DNA of 64,000 nucleotides from Takakia lepidozioides (GCA_030704615.1 CM060734.1:18972001-19036000); one strand, 5' to 3'. Positions 36,018 to 50,789 are shown, counted from the stretch's first letter. Translations and numbers: made by a program. The notes: generated by a model not told the origin, from the sequence alone.

Positions 36018-36018
<1 letters not shown>

Positions 36019-39000
36019 CCGAGTCCCATTCAAGATTGGACTAGAGAGAGAAGCGAAGTAACCAAAAGGCTTGAAGGTTAGAGCCCCATGTACCTAAATA
36101 CGTCCGAAGTGGAGAAGAAAGTGTGTTGGACTCAACGACCCGAACCCCATGTAGAGAGAAAGGGATGGTAAAGATGGGACCGAGACAAGAGGGACGGCCA
36201 GAATCTGAGGCAGCAAAGCCTAACATGTGTGACATTGTGAGTGATGGAGGTGACCAACATGATGGGCAAGGAGCACTGCATAGGCAGCCACCCTAGGCAA
36301 GGGGGACCATGCTTCCCTATCTAAATTAAGTGGGGTAGCTCGACTTGCGACAATAGCAAAGAGGAGAGGCCAAGTGGCCTACATGTTTTGGAGGAAGGAG
36401 TAGGACCGAGCGAAGAGTTCTCAGGCTGCAAGTCTCTTCCAAAGAGCCAATTTGTCAAAGAATTAGGAAGCAAAAAGTTCGTTGTTAAGCTTAGGATTTT
36501 CAAAAATGAATTGTCTGGCAACCTCATCCCAAGCTTGTTGAATTGATAAGTACCAATGGCGATATCGTTGCAAAAGGATCATTGATGTGTTTCGAGTACG
36601 TACAATTCCTATTAAAGAATCGGAAGTTGTTGTCTGTACAAAATCATCGATCTATTTATTTGTATTTTTTCATAGTAACAAGTTATTTTACAGATAATAA
36701 ATTCATGCAACTTCCATTTCAACAACTCTAATTATTAATTCATGAGTTTTTTTATTACTATAAAAAGATAAAAGTAGCATTTCAACATATGTAAGGTATT
36801 CATATTATGCACATATCAGAACCGTAGATGATTTATTGTATCTTGTTTTATGGATGGTTGAGTTTAGAGCATTATTTGTTTTATGATCAAATCATAATTT
36901 AATTTTATAAAATATTATTTATAATATTGATTTAACTAATTGACATACAAGTCATATTTTACACTTGCAAACAATCAAATAAAAAATGTACTTGAAACTG
37001 TCTATTGCAATAAGATAGACATGTTAAATTAAATTATTAGAGCAATATTATAACATGTGCATTCTTTAGTATTTATAATAAATGAAATCATATTTTCAAG
37101 CAATGGACAAAATCTCTAGCAAATCCATATGTTTTACCAATAGTTGGTATTGATAGATAAGTAAATAAATAAACATGTATACATGTTTTGGTGGGAGACA
37201 GCCACCACCAGAAAAAAGAATTTTAAAGAAAGAACTTGGGAATTTTTTTAATAATCTCACTTCAGGTAATACAATGTGGAAAAGAAACGACCCCGGGAGA
37301 AGAAAAAATATATACATCGTTGCTATTACGCTAGCACGGACATGCGCGATTTTTTTTTTTGTTTGTTTTAGATGCTCCCACGTGGCATATTATGGCCAAA
37401 CGTCGTCAGAAAAAAACCAAACAAACAAAACAAAATAAGTTTTATATGCAGCCACGTGGCGCAGGGCGGACAAGCGAAGCCATAAAACAAAACAAAAAAA
37501 ACAAAAACAACATCTGTTTTTGAGTTTTATATGCTATCACATGGCACAACGCGGCGGTCCGCGCAATGCTGCCACGTGGTGCAGCGCGGACAGGCGCTGC
37601 GAGAAAAAATATAATAAATAATAAATAATAAAATTGAGTTTTATATTCTGCCACGTGGTGCAGCGCCGACAGGCGCCGCCGCCAGAAAGATAAAATAAAA
37701 TAAAAATGAGAACGATCGTTGGTTTGTCGGTGAGACGTTGTCTGCATGACGATACATGATAGGTCCATAATGATGTTTTTTTTATAATTAATAGTGGTTG
37801 TTCTTTTGTGGGCCCTATATAAAGAGGATCACCCCAATATGGATGTTCATTTTCAACGTTTTGGACTATGGAGAGATTTCGCGAACGTTAACAAATGTGA
37901 CTTTCTGTTAGTGTGGGGGTATTGAAATTTGCATTTTGAGTTTTGTATTGTTTTATGTTATGTCGTTGTAGGTTATTTCAATAAGGAGAATACAGAAAAA
38001 ATGAGAAAACAAGAAGAAGAAGAAGAGGGTCGAACATATGGGTGTAGTGTGTGCGCAACACCCTTAATAAAATAAAAATTATAAAATGGACATTCATACT
38101 ATATCCACATCTTTTTTCTAAAAGTCAATAAACAAGTTATAAGAAGAAAGAGAAGTTAGGAAACATATGGGTATAACATGCGCAATACCCTCCTTATAAA
38201 ACCTTCATAATCACTTTTATTTGCGATGTAATAATCTTGACTAAGGGGGTGTTGCATACGCAACCATCTCTTTAGCGTTTAGGGTTTAAGATTTGGACAT
38301 ATTCAAATGTAAGATATTTCATCATGTTCACTAGGGTGTTGCATACGCTACACCCTCTCTGCACTACCAATCTCAATCCGCCCTCAAAAGCAGTGATCAT
38401 GGTGGAGGTGGTGCCCCTGCTGCCAGTCTCTCCTTAAAAATGAGAAAAAAAATTGGTAGAAAGATATTGAAGTCAATGACCATAGGGGTGTTGCGCATGC
38501 TACCCCCTCATCTTCTACTTGCAGAGAACATATGTAGAAGTGTTTATCATAAACATATCTGGAGCTATGTTGTCCACGTTTTGTCGAAACTCCATTAGTT
38601 TGAGAGGTCCATCCACTAGAGTAAATCCATGTGAAATGAACTCAAATTGGAGGCATAAGCCTCTTATATTGATGGAAGATACGTAAGTAGGTTTGTAGTA
38701 CTTGGTAGGTTTATATTGTTTGATAGGTAGGTTGATATTACTTGATACGTTTATATTGGTTGATAGGTTACGAATATCACAATGTTTAAATTAATTTTTT
38801 AAATATTGTGTGTAGGTTTATCCATCTCACCGCCATACGATATCTTACAACCCTATTAACTAATAAACGACAAATACAAAATACTTAACCCTAAGCTGCA
38901 TATGAACATGCACAACGACGTTTGTATGTATATATAGCCCATCCCCAAAAGAGGGCAGTAGCCGCAAGGTGAAGTGACTCTTAGTTACGCCAGCTATGGT

Positions 39001-41849
39001 TGACGTCTTCATAGCTTAAACATAAATCAAAAAAATATTGGCTTCAAATATGGCTCGAACAAAAAGCACAACACGTATTATACGCCCAGAAAATCCTTCA
39101 CTGTATCCTGAGGCTATAAGATCTACATGACCGAATCGTCCTAAAAGATGACAAAGATGCGGAATGACGTAAGTTTGGAATTTGTGGATCATAGATTTTA
39201 TGTGACCCCTTTACAAAAACAATGACATTCAGAGACACTGTCTGCAAGATTATATGTGATGATCGATCCGTTGACAGATTCCTTGCGACTACATAACACA
39301 CAATTTTTGGGCATACTAAGAGGGAAAATTCGAACCAGGAAACCGTAAATCGGCACTAACTTATCTTTATGTAAGAACAGACACAGTATCAATTTTAGGT
39401 TTAAAAATTTCGTTACTCGAAAAAAACAAAAAAACAAAACAAAAACCATAAATCGGCACCGACTATCTTTAGATAAGAATAGACACAGTATCAATTTTAA
39501 GTTTAAATTTTGAATTATCTGAAAAAACAAAAAAAAATTGATGAATCGCGATTTGCGGCGCCTACCAAACAATGATTATATTGGCAATCTCTGCCGACTA
39601 CCAGGCAATGATTACATTGTCAATCTCCAGCGACTACCAGCGACTACCAGTGATCGGCAATGTAATCTTTTGTCGGCTATAAAGTTTTCTTCTCCTTCCT
39701 CTTGAAAATGAGGAAGTCATTTGTGTTCATATGGTAAGATGTATGTTTCAGTTTGAGGCAGTCGCATTGTTGGATATTGTAATCGGTGCCGACTTAAGAT
39801 TGTAGCTGCAGGTGCTGTAACTGCACTGTTTTTGAAATTGCAGAGGTCGGATCTGAGATCACCCCATCAATTTTCAGTCATGGTGCACTGAAAAGTAATT
39901 CCGAACTTCAGATGATAAATAAAGTGGATGAATGACAATGCGAACTTATGGACAATAGGAATAACAATGGACATTGACAACAACAACGATAATGTCAATG
40001 AGGATGAGAATTTATGATAGACATTGTTGTTCCGGGGTCTAGAAGGTCCAGCAGCAATGGTGGTTCGCATGCTGTTGCGCTTGACGCTGGATCTCTAGAC
40101 CCCGGTGAAATTCTGCGAAATTAAAGCATGACATCCACAAATGTTGCTTTGGGACAACGTCGCAATGGGAAGTCGCTATCGATTTATCTTTTTTATTTAT
40201 TATGTCAATTCTTATTTACTTTTGGATATTATGAAGTCTGCAAATCGGGACTAACTTCGATCCTTGGACCAGGACATAGACGACATTCTTGGTTCTGCAA
40301 ACTTTTCACCACTGCAATTTTTTCTGTGTTCTCTTCAATTTTTCGTGAATACATCATTTCTATTCTCTTGGCCTATGGGCCAAATTGGTAAGTCGGCGCA
40401 GATTTACCTCCATTCCATAGACTTAAAATCCTCGTGGGTTAGGGGGTGTAATGTGTAAATCTGCTGATTTTCCCTATTTTCCTCTCCGTCTCTGTTCTGC
40501 TCATGCTTATGGCCATTCTGCTCACCGCTCATGGGAAAACATTCCCCTTGTGAGGCATATCACTGCCTCAATAGTGGAGGGCTGAGGCAGATTTAGCCAT
40601 ACACCTCTGAAATAAGGTATCCAAAATTAGAGTGTCCAACATTCTTGAAACATAGGAGGCTAATGGCTATCTATGAGGGTGGATCTTCTCGCATTGCTCC
40701 GTTGATTCAAAGTTTTGGATTCTCCTCTTGCTTCAAGGTTTTGGATTATCCTCTTTTTTCACGGTTTTAGATTGAACTTTTTGTACATAAGGTATGATTT
40801 TTTTCTATTTCTTTGTGTTTAGAGGTGGTTTAGAGATGGTAAAGCTTGAATACATTTGTACTCTTAAGTGGATTGCATATGTGTTGATTTTAAGCTTAGG
40901 GTTTCTATATTATTCGTTACACTAGTTGAATTGAAAATGTATATTTTAATCATAATGTACCAATCTTTTTAATAACTTGAGCCCTCTTTGATTGGAAATG
41001 ATTAAACCCTAAAAATGTGATAAATGATTTAGAGAAAAATCTCTGAACTTCATAGAAACCCTAATTCAACCTGAAAATCCTCATAATTTGATCGATTTTT
41101 GTGTTTAGTGTCTAGATAAGATATGCATATATGTCATGTTAGGGTTTTCTATAAGGTCTCCACGAGGTATAAGCGTCTATAATACTAATTGAGCTATAAT
41201 ATTATACATAGAATACTACTACTTTTATAAAAAGTTCCATAATATTGAAGTTGTTTCCTTATTTTTACATGTCTTTTCTACATGAGATTTTGTTTAAATT
41301 GCCATTTATTTTCATGCACACTTTATTGTTAGGAATCATGGCTCCTTGTGCAAAAAAAAGTGTAAAAAAAAAAGGACTAGAGATGAAAGTCAAAAGAACG
41401 CAATGAGGGCGAATAAAGTTGAGGAGAATGAGACCAATGTTTTTTAAACACATTGAGGCGAGAATCAATTCGAAGTTTGAGCATGAAAGAAATACAGTTG
41501 ATAAGTCGGGTGACATGAAGGTGGATGTGGACGAATATGAATTTGTGCGGGATTTCTTGATTGTTTGAAAGGGGTGCGCACCAAGCAACACCACACTTTG
41601 GTGCCTCCATTTACCATCTATGAGCATTGGTTTTCCAAGCTCATCCGCACTGCAGAGTAGTGAATGTCAACGTCACGTCCAAATGTGCATCGCGTCACGT
41701 CCAAACCATACGTTACTACGTGTAATTAATTTTTATTTATCATCTTTACTATTGACTATTTATCCTGGATACCACGATGGCGGCCCAGGTGGACTGACCA
41801 CGTGGATGAAATTTTACTATATTTAAAAAATTAAAAAACAAATATATAT

Positions 41850-42520
41850 GGGACCACCAATATTGACGATAGCAGAATTTTAATTTTTTTTAATACATAT
41901 GGGATGTTTTACGCATTTAAAAAAAATGAAAAAAATATGCGACCGCCAATAATCCTAGGCATTTTTTCAAAAAAAATAAAAAAAACACTGGCTGTCGAAT
42001 GTTTTTTCAATATTGAAGAAAAATAAAAACATTTTCTATGTTTTTTTATAAAATAATGCGGTGCAATAAATAATATTGGAGGTCCCACATATTTATTTTT
42101 AAAAACAAATATTAAAAAAAAAACATATACATATATAATAATACGTGCGGCCGCCAATATTGGCGGTCGCATGCATTTTTAAAAACTGAAAAAACACGCA
42201 ATCGCCAATATTGGCGGTTGCACGCATTTTCAAAAAATAAAACAGCCCGTCTATATTGGCGGTCACACGCATTAAATAAATAAATATATATTGGCGGTCA
42301 CATGCTATTTTATTTTTTGAAAATGCGTGCAACCGCCAATATTGGCGATTGCATGCAAGGGGAATGTTATATATATTAAAAAACATACAACCGCCAATAT
42401 TAGCGGTCGCACGCATTTTCAAAAAATAGAAAAAACATATAACTGCCAATATTGGTAGTCACATGCATTTGTTTCTTAACAATATGTTGCGACCATCGAT
42501 ATTGATGGTCGTAAACATTT
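41850..42520. repeat. Array of palindromic ACCGCCAATATTGGCGGT motifs in AT-rich DNA (DNA-transposon subterminal-like)
   Basis: About ten degenerate copies, e.g. near 42152, 42201, 42332, 42391 and 42445. Confidence 0.75.
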
Positions 42521-43609
42521 AAAAATAAATATAAATATAGCCATATGTTTACGATGTGGCTGTTGAAAACGACACATTTTTACCTTTAAATATTTTTTAC
42601 TTATATATCTGCAAAACCGACGCGACGTAGGTCGCGTCAGCGTCTGCTCTAATGCGACATGAGTGACGCTGATAACTAAGCCCCACAGGTCTAGAGAAAT
42701 ACCAACAATCTCTTCAAAACTTAGATAAACAAAAGATGGTGGAGCGCATCATTGACATCTTCAGTGGTAAGTAAGATCTGAATTGATGTTCAAGATTTTA
42801 AATGTTTATGATTTGCTTCATGTGATTACATTGTCCATTGCATTGCATTGAACCTTCTAATACATTGTATGTGTAGAGGACGACTGAGAGGACGGGTTGG
42901 AGTATCGTGCTAAGGCTCTTGGACTCGTTCCTGAAGCAAATGACTACTTTTATGCTAAGCTTTTATGGGAAGATGAAGAAGAGTGGAAGAAAAAGATAAG
43001 AGCTAGGAAGGTTGGGGACTGACAAGTGATGCATCCCCGCAAAGTCCCTGAAACGCGAGAGCAGGCTAGAAAGAGAGAAGAAGACTAGACAGTAGGAGAG
43101 GCAATGGAAGTTGCACGGGTTAATCAATTTCGTGAAGGAAGTACGGTTGAAAGGCGTGTGTACGGGCATAATTTTTTATTATTTATTGTACGTGGTTTTT
43201 TAGTCGGGAGAGCCTATAAGCATTCTGTAGCGTATGTTGTACCGTTCAGTACGTTGTCGAGATCATCAAAGACAATCAAAACGACATTGCACTACAAGCA
43301 CTTGTGCAAATACTTATAAAAATAACAATCAAAACGACCATGCACTACAAGCACTTGTGTGAATACTTATAAAAATAAATTGGCTTTAAGTTGACTTCAT
43401 AGTCTTCTTAATTATATTTTTTTTTCAAATAATATTTTTATCTATGTCAAAAGACAAAGGGTAAAACAAGCATAAATTATGGTGTCATTTCACCCAAATT
43501 AATGCTAGTACATTCAATTTGGAAAGTAAAAACCTTTTAGTGGTCCTAATTAACGGAATGTGGTTGTCCAAACATATCTCATAAAAAAAGCCTCTCATTG
43601 AACAATATT

Positions 43610-44200
43610 AGCATCTTCAATGCCCGCGCGTCTGGCTGCGGCGGGCCCGCATGTGGCAGAGGGGGTCGCGGAGGGAGGGAGTGCCCGGACCCAGCCAGTT
43701 TGCTGGGGCCACAATATGCAAATAAAGCATTAGTTATTTCAAAGGTTTATAGAAAGTGATGGGTAGTGTGGTGGTTAAAGGGCAATGAACCAAAAGCACA
43801 AGGTTTAGTGTTCAAATCCTATCAAGTTGTATTGTGGCAGTGACATGTGTTATTAAATATATATTTTATCGAAGGGTCTGCCAGTGACGTGTGTTATTAA
43901 ATATATATTTTATCGAAGGGTCTGCCAGTGACGTGTGTTATTAAATATATATTTTGTCAAAGGGTCTGCCAGTCCGTTGGAAGGTTGGAGTCAGTCCGCT
44001 CATCGGTCTATTGGAGGGTGTGCCCAGTCCGCTCGTCGGTCTGCTGGAGGGTCTGCCCAGTCCGCTAGAAAGTCCGCCGCGGTAGATGAACAAGGACTTA
44101 GAAAAATTTCAGAATCTGGCCGACCCGACAAATGGGTGGTGGGCTTATGAGCTCACCCCATGGCCGTACTAGCGGGGCCCATAGGTGCATTGAAGACGCT
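43610..44200. mobile_element. PIF/Harbinger(Tourist)-like MITE
   Basis: TIRs AGCATCTTCAATGC / GCATTGAAGACGCT, flanked on both sides by AATATT. Internal ~44-bp x3 tandem at ~43838-43972. Confidence 0.7.
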
Positions 44201-45491
44201 AATATTAAAAAATGAAAGGCATAAATAAATCCTCATATATCCACACATTAATTAGATGACCGGTTCACCATTTGACCCCCTTTTTAAAGATTGGCTTAGG
44301 TGGGTGACATCCAACATACATTTATGTAGTTTTGGAACCAACGAAATTGTTTATGAGCAGTTCTTCGTGTGCCCTAACTATTGGGTCTATCGTATATTTT
44401 ATGTCAAGAGAGAAACAACTCTTGCTCAAACCAACGTAAATAAGAGCCATGCTCTCTAGTAAATTTGCTCAAAACATTATTGTGGCTTGATAGCCGTTTT
44501 TGAGCTTGCATATCTAATTTGACATTATGAATTATACATCTAACTATGATGTCAATGCAATATATGATGAATTATATATGTTGACAATGTTGATTGACCG
44601 ATTGTATGCAAAGAAATTACACATCACACATTGATTGTAACTATTAATTAATGTGGTGTTGTCCATTCCCAACGCAAGGACACAATAGCCCTTCAAGATG
44701 AAAGAATACAGTAATGTACATTCGCTTTGACATTTGTAAACCCCCCCCCCCCCCCCCTCCCTCTTTTTTGTGTAGTGATTCGCAATGTCGTTTCATTAAT
44801 TTAGACAAAAAATTTGCGTATATTATTATCACCCAAGTCAATTGAGCGTTATTATACTCATTTCATAGCTGAAGAGTAGATGAATGTCGGGTCTAATTTG
44901 ACTAGATGTGGAATATGTATCTACCACTTAGTACCTTAGAACAATGTTCATGTTTGAGGTATAGTTAGCGAAGAATCCAAAATAATGAGTATGTAGTACA
45001 TATGTACCTCTATAGTACATTTTGTTAGTTTGCCCTAAAAATGGACAACTATTTTGTGAGTAGTGAGTAGAAGTGTTTTTATTTTTTTATTTTTATTTTT
45101 CCAAAATCGCTGGCGGGCCACATGGTGAGAATAACGAGGTGGCAGGGCTAGAAAAGTGGCTATATTCCAGGTGGCACGTTTTAACTGGTCCACGTCTACA
45201 AAAGTAGGCTCCTAATTCTCAACTATTGGTGCTTTTTGGCGAAATTTTTGGGTTTTACCCCCCGTAATTCCATTGTACAAGTAGCTGACCCATTTTTCAG
45301 TTCTAAATCTGACGATTTTTTGCCAGAAAATAAAACACTGGTGAGTAGTGACCTCTCACCAAATTGCTACGAAGCGTCGGCACAATTGGCACAAAATTTC
45401 AGTGCAAATAAGGTTGAAAAAAACATTTTATAGAATGTTGGATATTTAAAATTGACAATCCCAACAATAACAGCCCAAATATGATAACTCG

Positions 45492-45492
<1 letters not shown>

Positions 45493-45530
<38 letters not shown>
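45493..45530. repeat. (AT)n(AC)n microsatellite
   Basis: Direct reading of the sequence. Confidence 0.9.
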
Positions 45531-45531
<1 letters not shown>

Positions 45532-45629
45532 AGATGGTAGAATGGTGAGAGAAGAGATAAATTTATACTAAGAGATAAAAGAGCATGTAGATCACGACTA
45601 CATAGTCTAAACAATTAGTAAGCTAATAC

Positions 45630-46430
45630 TTACTATTCCCCATAGCCATTCATCTACCTCCATGTTTAGATCATATGTTCTACTTTGGAATTGGCCTTCA
45701 AACCTGTGGATGGCAACCTACATTTCATTCATTCTAGTCTTCATGTAGTTCAAAGCGTGACTTTCATTCATCATGATCCTTCTATATTTCTAGAATTCAC
45801 TTTACAATTTACTCCATTTGTACATAATTTAGCCCTATTTGTCAAATGTGGTATTATCTTCTCACTCTACTTTTGGAGTGTCCCATGACCTTGTGCTTGG
45901 TGCCTCATAAGGCCCCGGCTCCACCTGCCGGTTAGCTAGTGGGGCAGTAGCTGAGGCTACCGCGCTTGTTAGCTAGCAGGTCTGGCAGCCCGAACTATTA
46001 TTTTTTTGCGACCCAGTTAACAAACTGCGCGCGACAGTTTGTTAGCGGGCAGGTGCGGCTGCCGCCCAATTTCCTGCCAGACCTGCTAGCTAACAGGCGA
46101 GGTAGCCTCAGCTACTGCCCCACTAGCTAACCGGCAGGTGGAGCCGGGGCCTTATGAGGCACCAAACACAAGGTCATGGGACACTCCAAAAGTAGAGTGA
46201 GAAGATAATACCACATTTGACAAATATGGCTAAAATATGTACAAAATTGTCAAGTGAGTTCTAGAATAATAGAAGGATCATGATGAATCAAAGTCACGCT
46301 CTGAACTACATAAAGACTAGAACGAATGAAATGTAGGTTGCCATCCATAGGTTTGAAGGCCAATTCCAAAGTAGAACATATGATCTAAACGTGGAGGTAG
46401 ATGAATAGCAGCTATATTGGGGAATAGTAA
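45630..46430. repeat. ~800-bp fold-back inverted repeat centred on the MITE
   Basis: 45630-45910 is repeated in reverse complement at 46152-46430. Confidence 0.92.
45911..46151. mobile_element. Tourist-like MITE (241 bp) with ~78-bp TIRs
   Basis: GGCCCCGGCTCCACCTGCCGG...CCGGCAGGTGGAGCCGGGGCC, preceded by TAA and followed by TTA. Confidence 0.85.
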
Positions 46431-47194
46431 ATGATCCTTCTATAATTCTAGAATTCACTTGACAAATATTTACTCCATTTGTACATATTTTAGCCCTATT
46501 TGTCAAATGTGGTATTATCTTCCCACTCTATTTTTGGAGTGTCCCATGACAGGCTTGTGCTTGGTGCCTCATAACAAAAACAAATAACAACCACTATATT
46601 TTCAGCAGCTAATAGATGGCTCAATGCCAGTTTGGGTACAGCTAAGGTCGCCTTATAAATGGTTGCGGTCCACCTTCCAAATGGCAAACAAAAGGCCGTA
46701 GTTTCTTCGGATGAGGTGACACCATAATTTGCGTGGCAAGAGTCTTCTTCCTATTGACATCTATTTAATTAGCCAACCCATAAAAAGCTGTAGCCAAGTC
46801 AATTGGTCATAGGGGACTTTCCAGTCATTGATGGGAACGATTTGGACAACTGCATTGCTCCAGTTACGGCCATCAAACAAAAAGCACGCCATAATATGTG
46901 CTTGCTTCAGTAGGTGTCAACCTTTTTTACAACCACTACTACTTTTTAAACTATGTGTTTTTTTATAAAAAAATTTAATCTTCATTAAATTAGTTTATAT
47001 GTATATTCTTCAACCATCCAGAAAATCATCATTTTGAGCTGCTAGTTGCTACAGTTTTATAAATAGTTTGACAGAAATTTTGTGTTTTCAGCCCCTAGTA
47101 TGTACACTTTTAAATGAGGAGATTTATTTTGGTTGGGGCCTGCGGTTTGGGAGATCTCAACGCTACAAACTGCAAACAAACAAACAGCCTTGCT

Positions 47195-48010
47195 TCATAT
47201 ATTGACTAGGGGAGCCTGTGCCGTTGGCCCAAGTGTCCAGTACTGTCATGTAAGCCCAAGTGCAATCTCCTATGTATCCAAGTGCAACCTCTAGGCCCTA
47301 GGGTAGCATGTGCCGTTGGCCCAAGTGTCCAAAGTCATCTAAGTCATCTAAGTCTAATCATTTTTTTTTTCCACAGAGACTACGACCAGATTTGAACCAG
47401 AGACCTTTTCCTTGATATCTCTTCTATCGAGGCTCCAACCATTGTCCCAGGAATGCCCACTTCGCTATTTTCCGTGAATTTCCAGCGACCAAAAGTACCT
47501 GGAATTCCACATCTCCCACACCGCAAGTCCAAAAATTATGAGACCAAGCCCGTGCACCTCTCCTCGTCGAGGGTTTTCCAATGGTACCAAGCACCAGGGC
47601 TGGGGCCTCGCGGTTTCGGACATCTCAACGTGACAAAACAAAACAAAACAAAACAAATGCCTCGCTTCATATATTGACTAGGGTAGCATGTGCCGTTGGC
47701 CCAAGTGTCCAGTGTCATCTACGCCCAAGGGTCCACTGTCATCTACGACCAAATGTAATATCTTCTATGTATCCCAGTGCGTCTTCTATGTCGAGGCCCA
47801 AGTGCGAACTCTAGGGTAGCATGTGCCTTTAGGGCCCATGTGTGTGAAGAATTGAAATCTAAGACCAAGTACAATTTCATATGTATCCCAGTGCGTCTCC
47901 TATGTTGAGGCCCAAGTGCGACCTCGAGTGTAGCCTACGCCTTTGGCTTATGTGTGAAGAATTGAAATCTAAGACCAAGTGCAATTTCCTATGTAGGCAA
48001 GTGCGTCTCC
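47195..48010 (+). repeat. Dispersed repeat family built on GGCCCAAGTG/TATGTATCCAAGTGC modules; inverted copy at ~56050-56190
   Basis: Multiple 'ggcccaagtgtcc', 'ctagggtagcatgtgcc' and 'tatgtatcc.agtgc' modules. The part at 47440-47630 recurs at ~57240-57455. Confidence 0.7.
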
Positions 48011-48221
48011 TAAACTTATGGTCTAACCCTCCCTTTCAAAATCTAAGCCTACACCAATCTAATGGAAAGTGGGTCCGAAAACAACAACTACAGATCTACT
48101 CTATCTTCTTCCCTTGGCAAGATACCCTCAACAAAAAGAGATTGAAACATAGCATTCTTCCAATGCATATGTTCATGACTTTGGGAGGACTGTCTTGCCA
48201 TTGAGTAGCGAACGATCAATA

Positions 48222-48500
48222 CACTACAGGAAAAGGGGGGGGTTAGCGACGTCGCTAAAGCCCCCTTTTGGGCGGGGTAGAAGCCCCATATTGCAATGCC
48301 CGGGCGTCGCAGTGGTTATTGTCGCTAATTTGCGACGTAGGGGGTCGCTAGGTAATGCCGGGGCGACTTGCGACGCCGGCGCGATTTGTGACCCCCGGAC
48401 GTCGCAAAAAAAATTTAAAAAAAAATAAAAATAAAAATTGTTTATTTATCTGTGATGTCGCATTAACGACGCCCCGGACGTCGCAGTTTAGGGGGGGTAC
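48222..48500 (+). mobile_element. CACTA (En/Spm) element left end
   Basis: CACTACAGGAAAA followed by GCGAC/GTCGC subterminal repeats in both orientations. No partner end was found. Confidence 0.7.
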
Positions 48501-50333
48501 ATTTGTTTAGGTGGGAAAATTCGAACTTCAAAATTCGAATTTAAATTTGAAATTCAAAAACTTGTTGACCATTGGTTTTGTTCAATGACAATACGTTCAT
48601 TGTTCTGCATATATTAGGCATACTTTCGAAGACACTACAGACTAACCAACACACCTACAATACATCTAAGCATCATTAAAGCAGTCTAAGTATATATGTG
48701 CATATCAAGACTAGGGCTTCGCGTTGCTCCGTACTACTAGCGACGAATTCTGAGAACAATGATTCTTTTGATTGGAAACATATGTTATTCATTGTTTGAT
48801 GCAGCTACCTCTATCGATGCCCAAGAAGTGAGGGGGAGTTGAACCCCATTTTCTGTATTTTTCCCTTTGTTTAGCATTTGTTTCGTCCGGACGAGAAGTC
48901 GGTTATTTATATCTTTTCCATCACTCATGATTTTGTTTCTCAACATTTAGTTGTATTGTCTTAATAACAAATGATTGTATTGATAAAAGATAATTGTCTT
49001 GATAAAAAATGATCATCTTTTCAACTTCTGAGAACAATGATTTCTTTGATTGAAAATATATACTATTCGAAAAATACTAGTAAATAAAATATAACATAGG
49101 CATATGATCTTATGGTACTCTGTCTAGGTTTAGGTGACCTCTTGTCCTCGATCCCTTGTTCTTTTTTTACCGTTTCACCTTCTATTTGTAAAGATTTATG
49201 GGCGTCTGCTCCCCTTCTTTTTAAGAAATTTAATAAAAGTAAAGAACAGTGTAAAAACTTACAGATTCGGCAGTGATAAGTTCAGAATTCATCTTTTTCT
49301 TTTTCTTTTTTCCTTAAAAGAAACCTGGGAGGGACAACCCATAATTACATTACTGACGCACTTGAAAGTTGGATGTCTCTGTCAACAGACAATCAAACCT
49401 CTGCTCTACACAATTGGAAGATATGACAATTGTTCATATTCACTTCATGAGAAGTAGCAGTCACCAACTGCCCATCTCCCCCAAAACCCTTTAATTCTTC
49501 TCTTCATCCACAAGGCAAAATTGTACACTCAGACCACACCTACCAATTCACATGGACAAAGCTATTTATAAAACCATATCTTACAGGTCCTACAGTCCAA
49601 GTTCTCTTACAACATGGATCTCTGTAGTTCATCAATTTTGGCTGGTCTGAAACAGAGTCACAGTCGCAATATGCCCATTCTTCATGACCTGCAGCAAATC
49701 ATACCAGAGAACCGCCATGGTCAATATAGAAGCAATGAGACCAACAAGAGCATGGACTATCTAGGCAGCCACAACCCTGGCAGTGTGGGGACAGTGTAAG
49801 CCATTGATGCTTGCTGAAGCCATAGAACCAGAACAAGAGCACAGCTTAACACCACATACCTCAAGGGCTATGTGGCGATAACCATACACAAATGTAGGAC
49901 CAAAGGGGTTGCTGACAGAGCCTTGAGTCTGGATTGCAGGATGAAGTCAAGCACCTGACCATCGAACAGGATGTCAATGAGAAAAAGAGTTGTAAAAGTA
50001 ATCACCACAGAGTGTTATGCGGGGTCGTGGATCAGAGGCTGAATGTATTACCATCGGATCCACCTATCAACAACCCAGTCACTGGTTGGCCAGATACAAG
50101 CACAAGCCATGCCTCTTCACCTCTCCTTTCCAATGGCTAATTATGGTGAAAAGTTTGATATAGCTCGTGACCTCTGTGATTTTTAAGTAGACAATAGGCA
50201 GCTGCACTCAAGGAGTACACCTATTAAAACCACACAGACAAACACACACTCTCTCTCCCTCAGCTAAACGTAAAGCTTTGGGTCTCACTAAGTTTTCCAC
50301 TGCAGAGGGATTAATGTTGAAGTTAAAAGGACC

Positions 50334-50768
50334 ATGCTTTGTAGCGTTATTAGGCCCGCCTACAACTCTACTGTGTGGGTCCACAATTCCAACCATACTG
50401 CATCTCTAGGATCTATTCAGGTCGCGGTGCTCAAAGAAAGCATGTCGGGTTGTTCTAGAACAGCTAATGTGGTTGTTCGGGGCGAGTTTGGCATACCTCC
50501 CTTAAGCTCTCAATGTGACCAATTAAGGTCAGAGGTGGGGTCAGAAGTTAAGCATAAAACTTCCCTGAACTTGTTTCCAGTGTGTGACATGGGCGAGGAC
50601 CTTAATAACGATCTCAAGGGCCTACCTACCCACAGTACCAGACTGAAATTTAAAATCAGGGCGGGAGGCCTACCTTCGAACAATAAACAGATGCAGAGAT
50701 TAGGAAGAGGAGATTGGAATTGCCCGATGTGCGGGCAACCTGAAAACAATATCCATTTTCTGATATTT
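50334..50768 (+). pseudogene. Remnant of a LINE ORF2 C-terminus
   Basis: TANVVVRGEFGIPPL, KFKIRAGGLP, CPMCGQPENNIHFL zinc-knuckle pattern. Confidence 0.55.
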
Positions 50769-50789
50769 GCTCATAGGTCTCGAAAGCCT

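Noticed and set aside
43761-43825. tRNA-like A/B-box sequence inside a MITE (similar GGGTTCAAT repeats at 2125-2225)
   Set aside because: No convincing cloverleaf or acceptor stem; at most a decayed tRNA/SINE-derived piece.
32350-45600. Numerous short ORFs in AT-rich DNA, and the right terminus of the outer MULE
   Set aside because: No recognisable domains or consistent exon chains, and I could not identify a TIR/TSD for the outer element.
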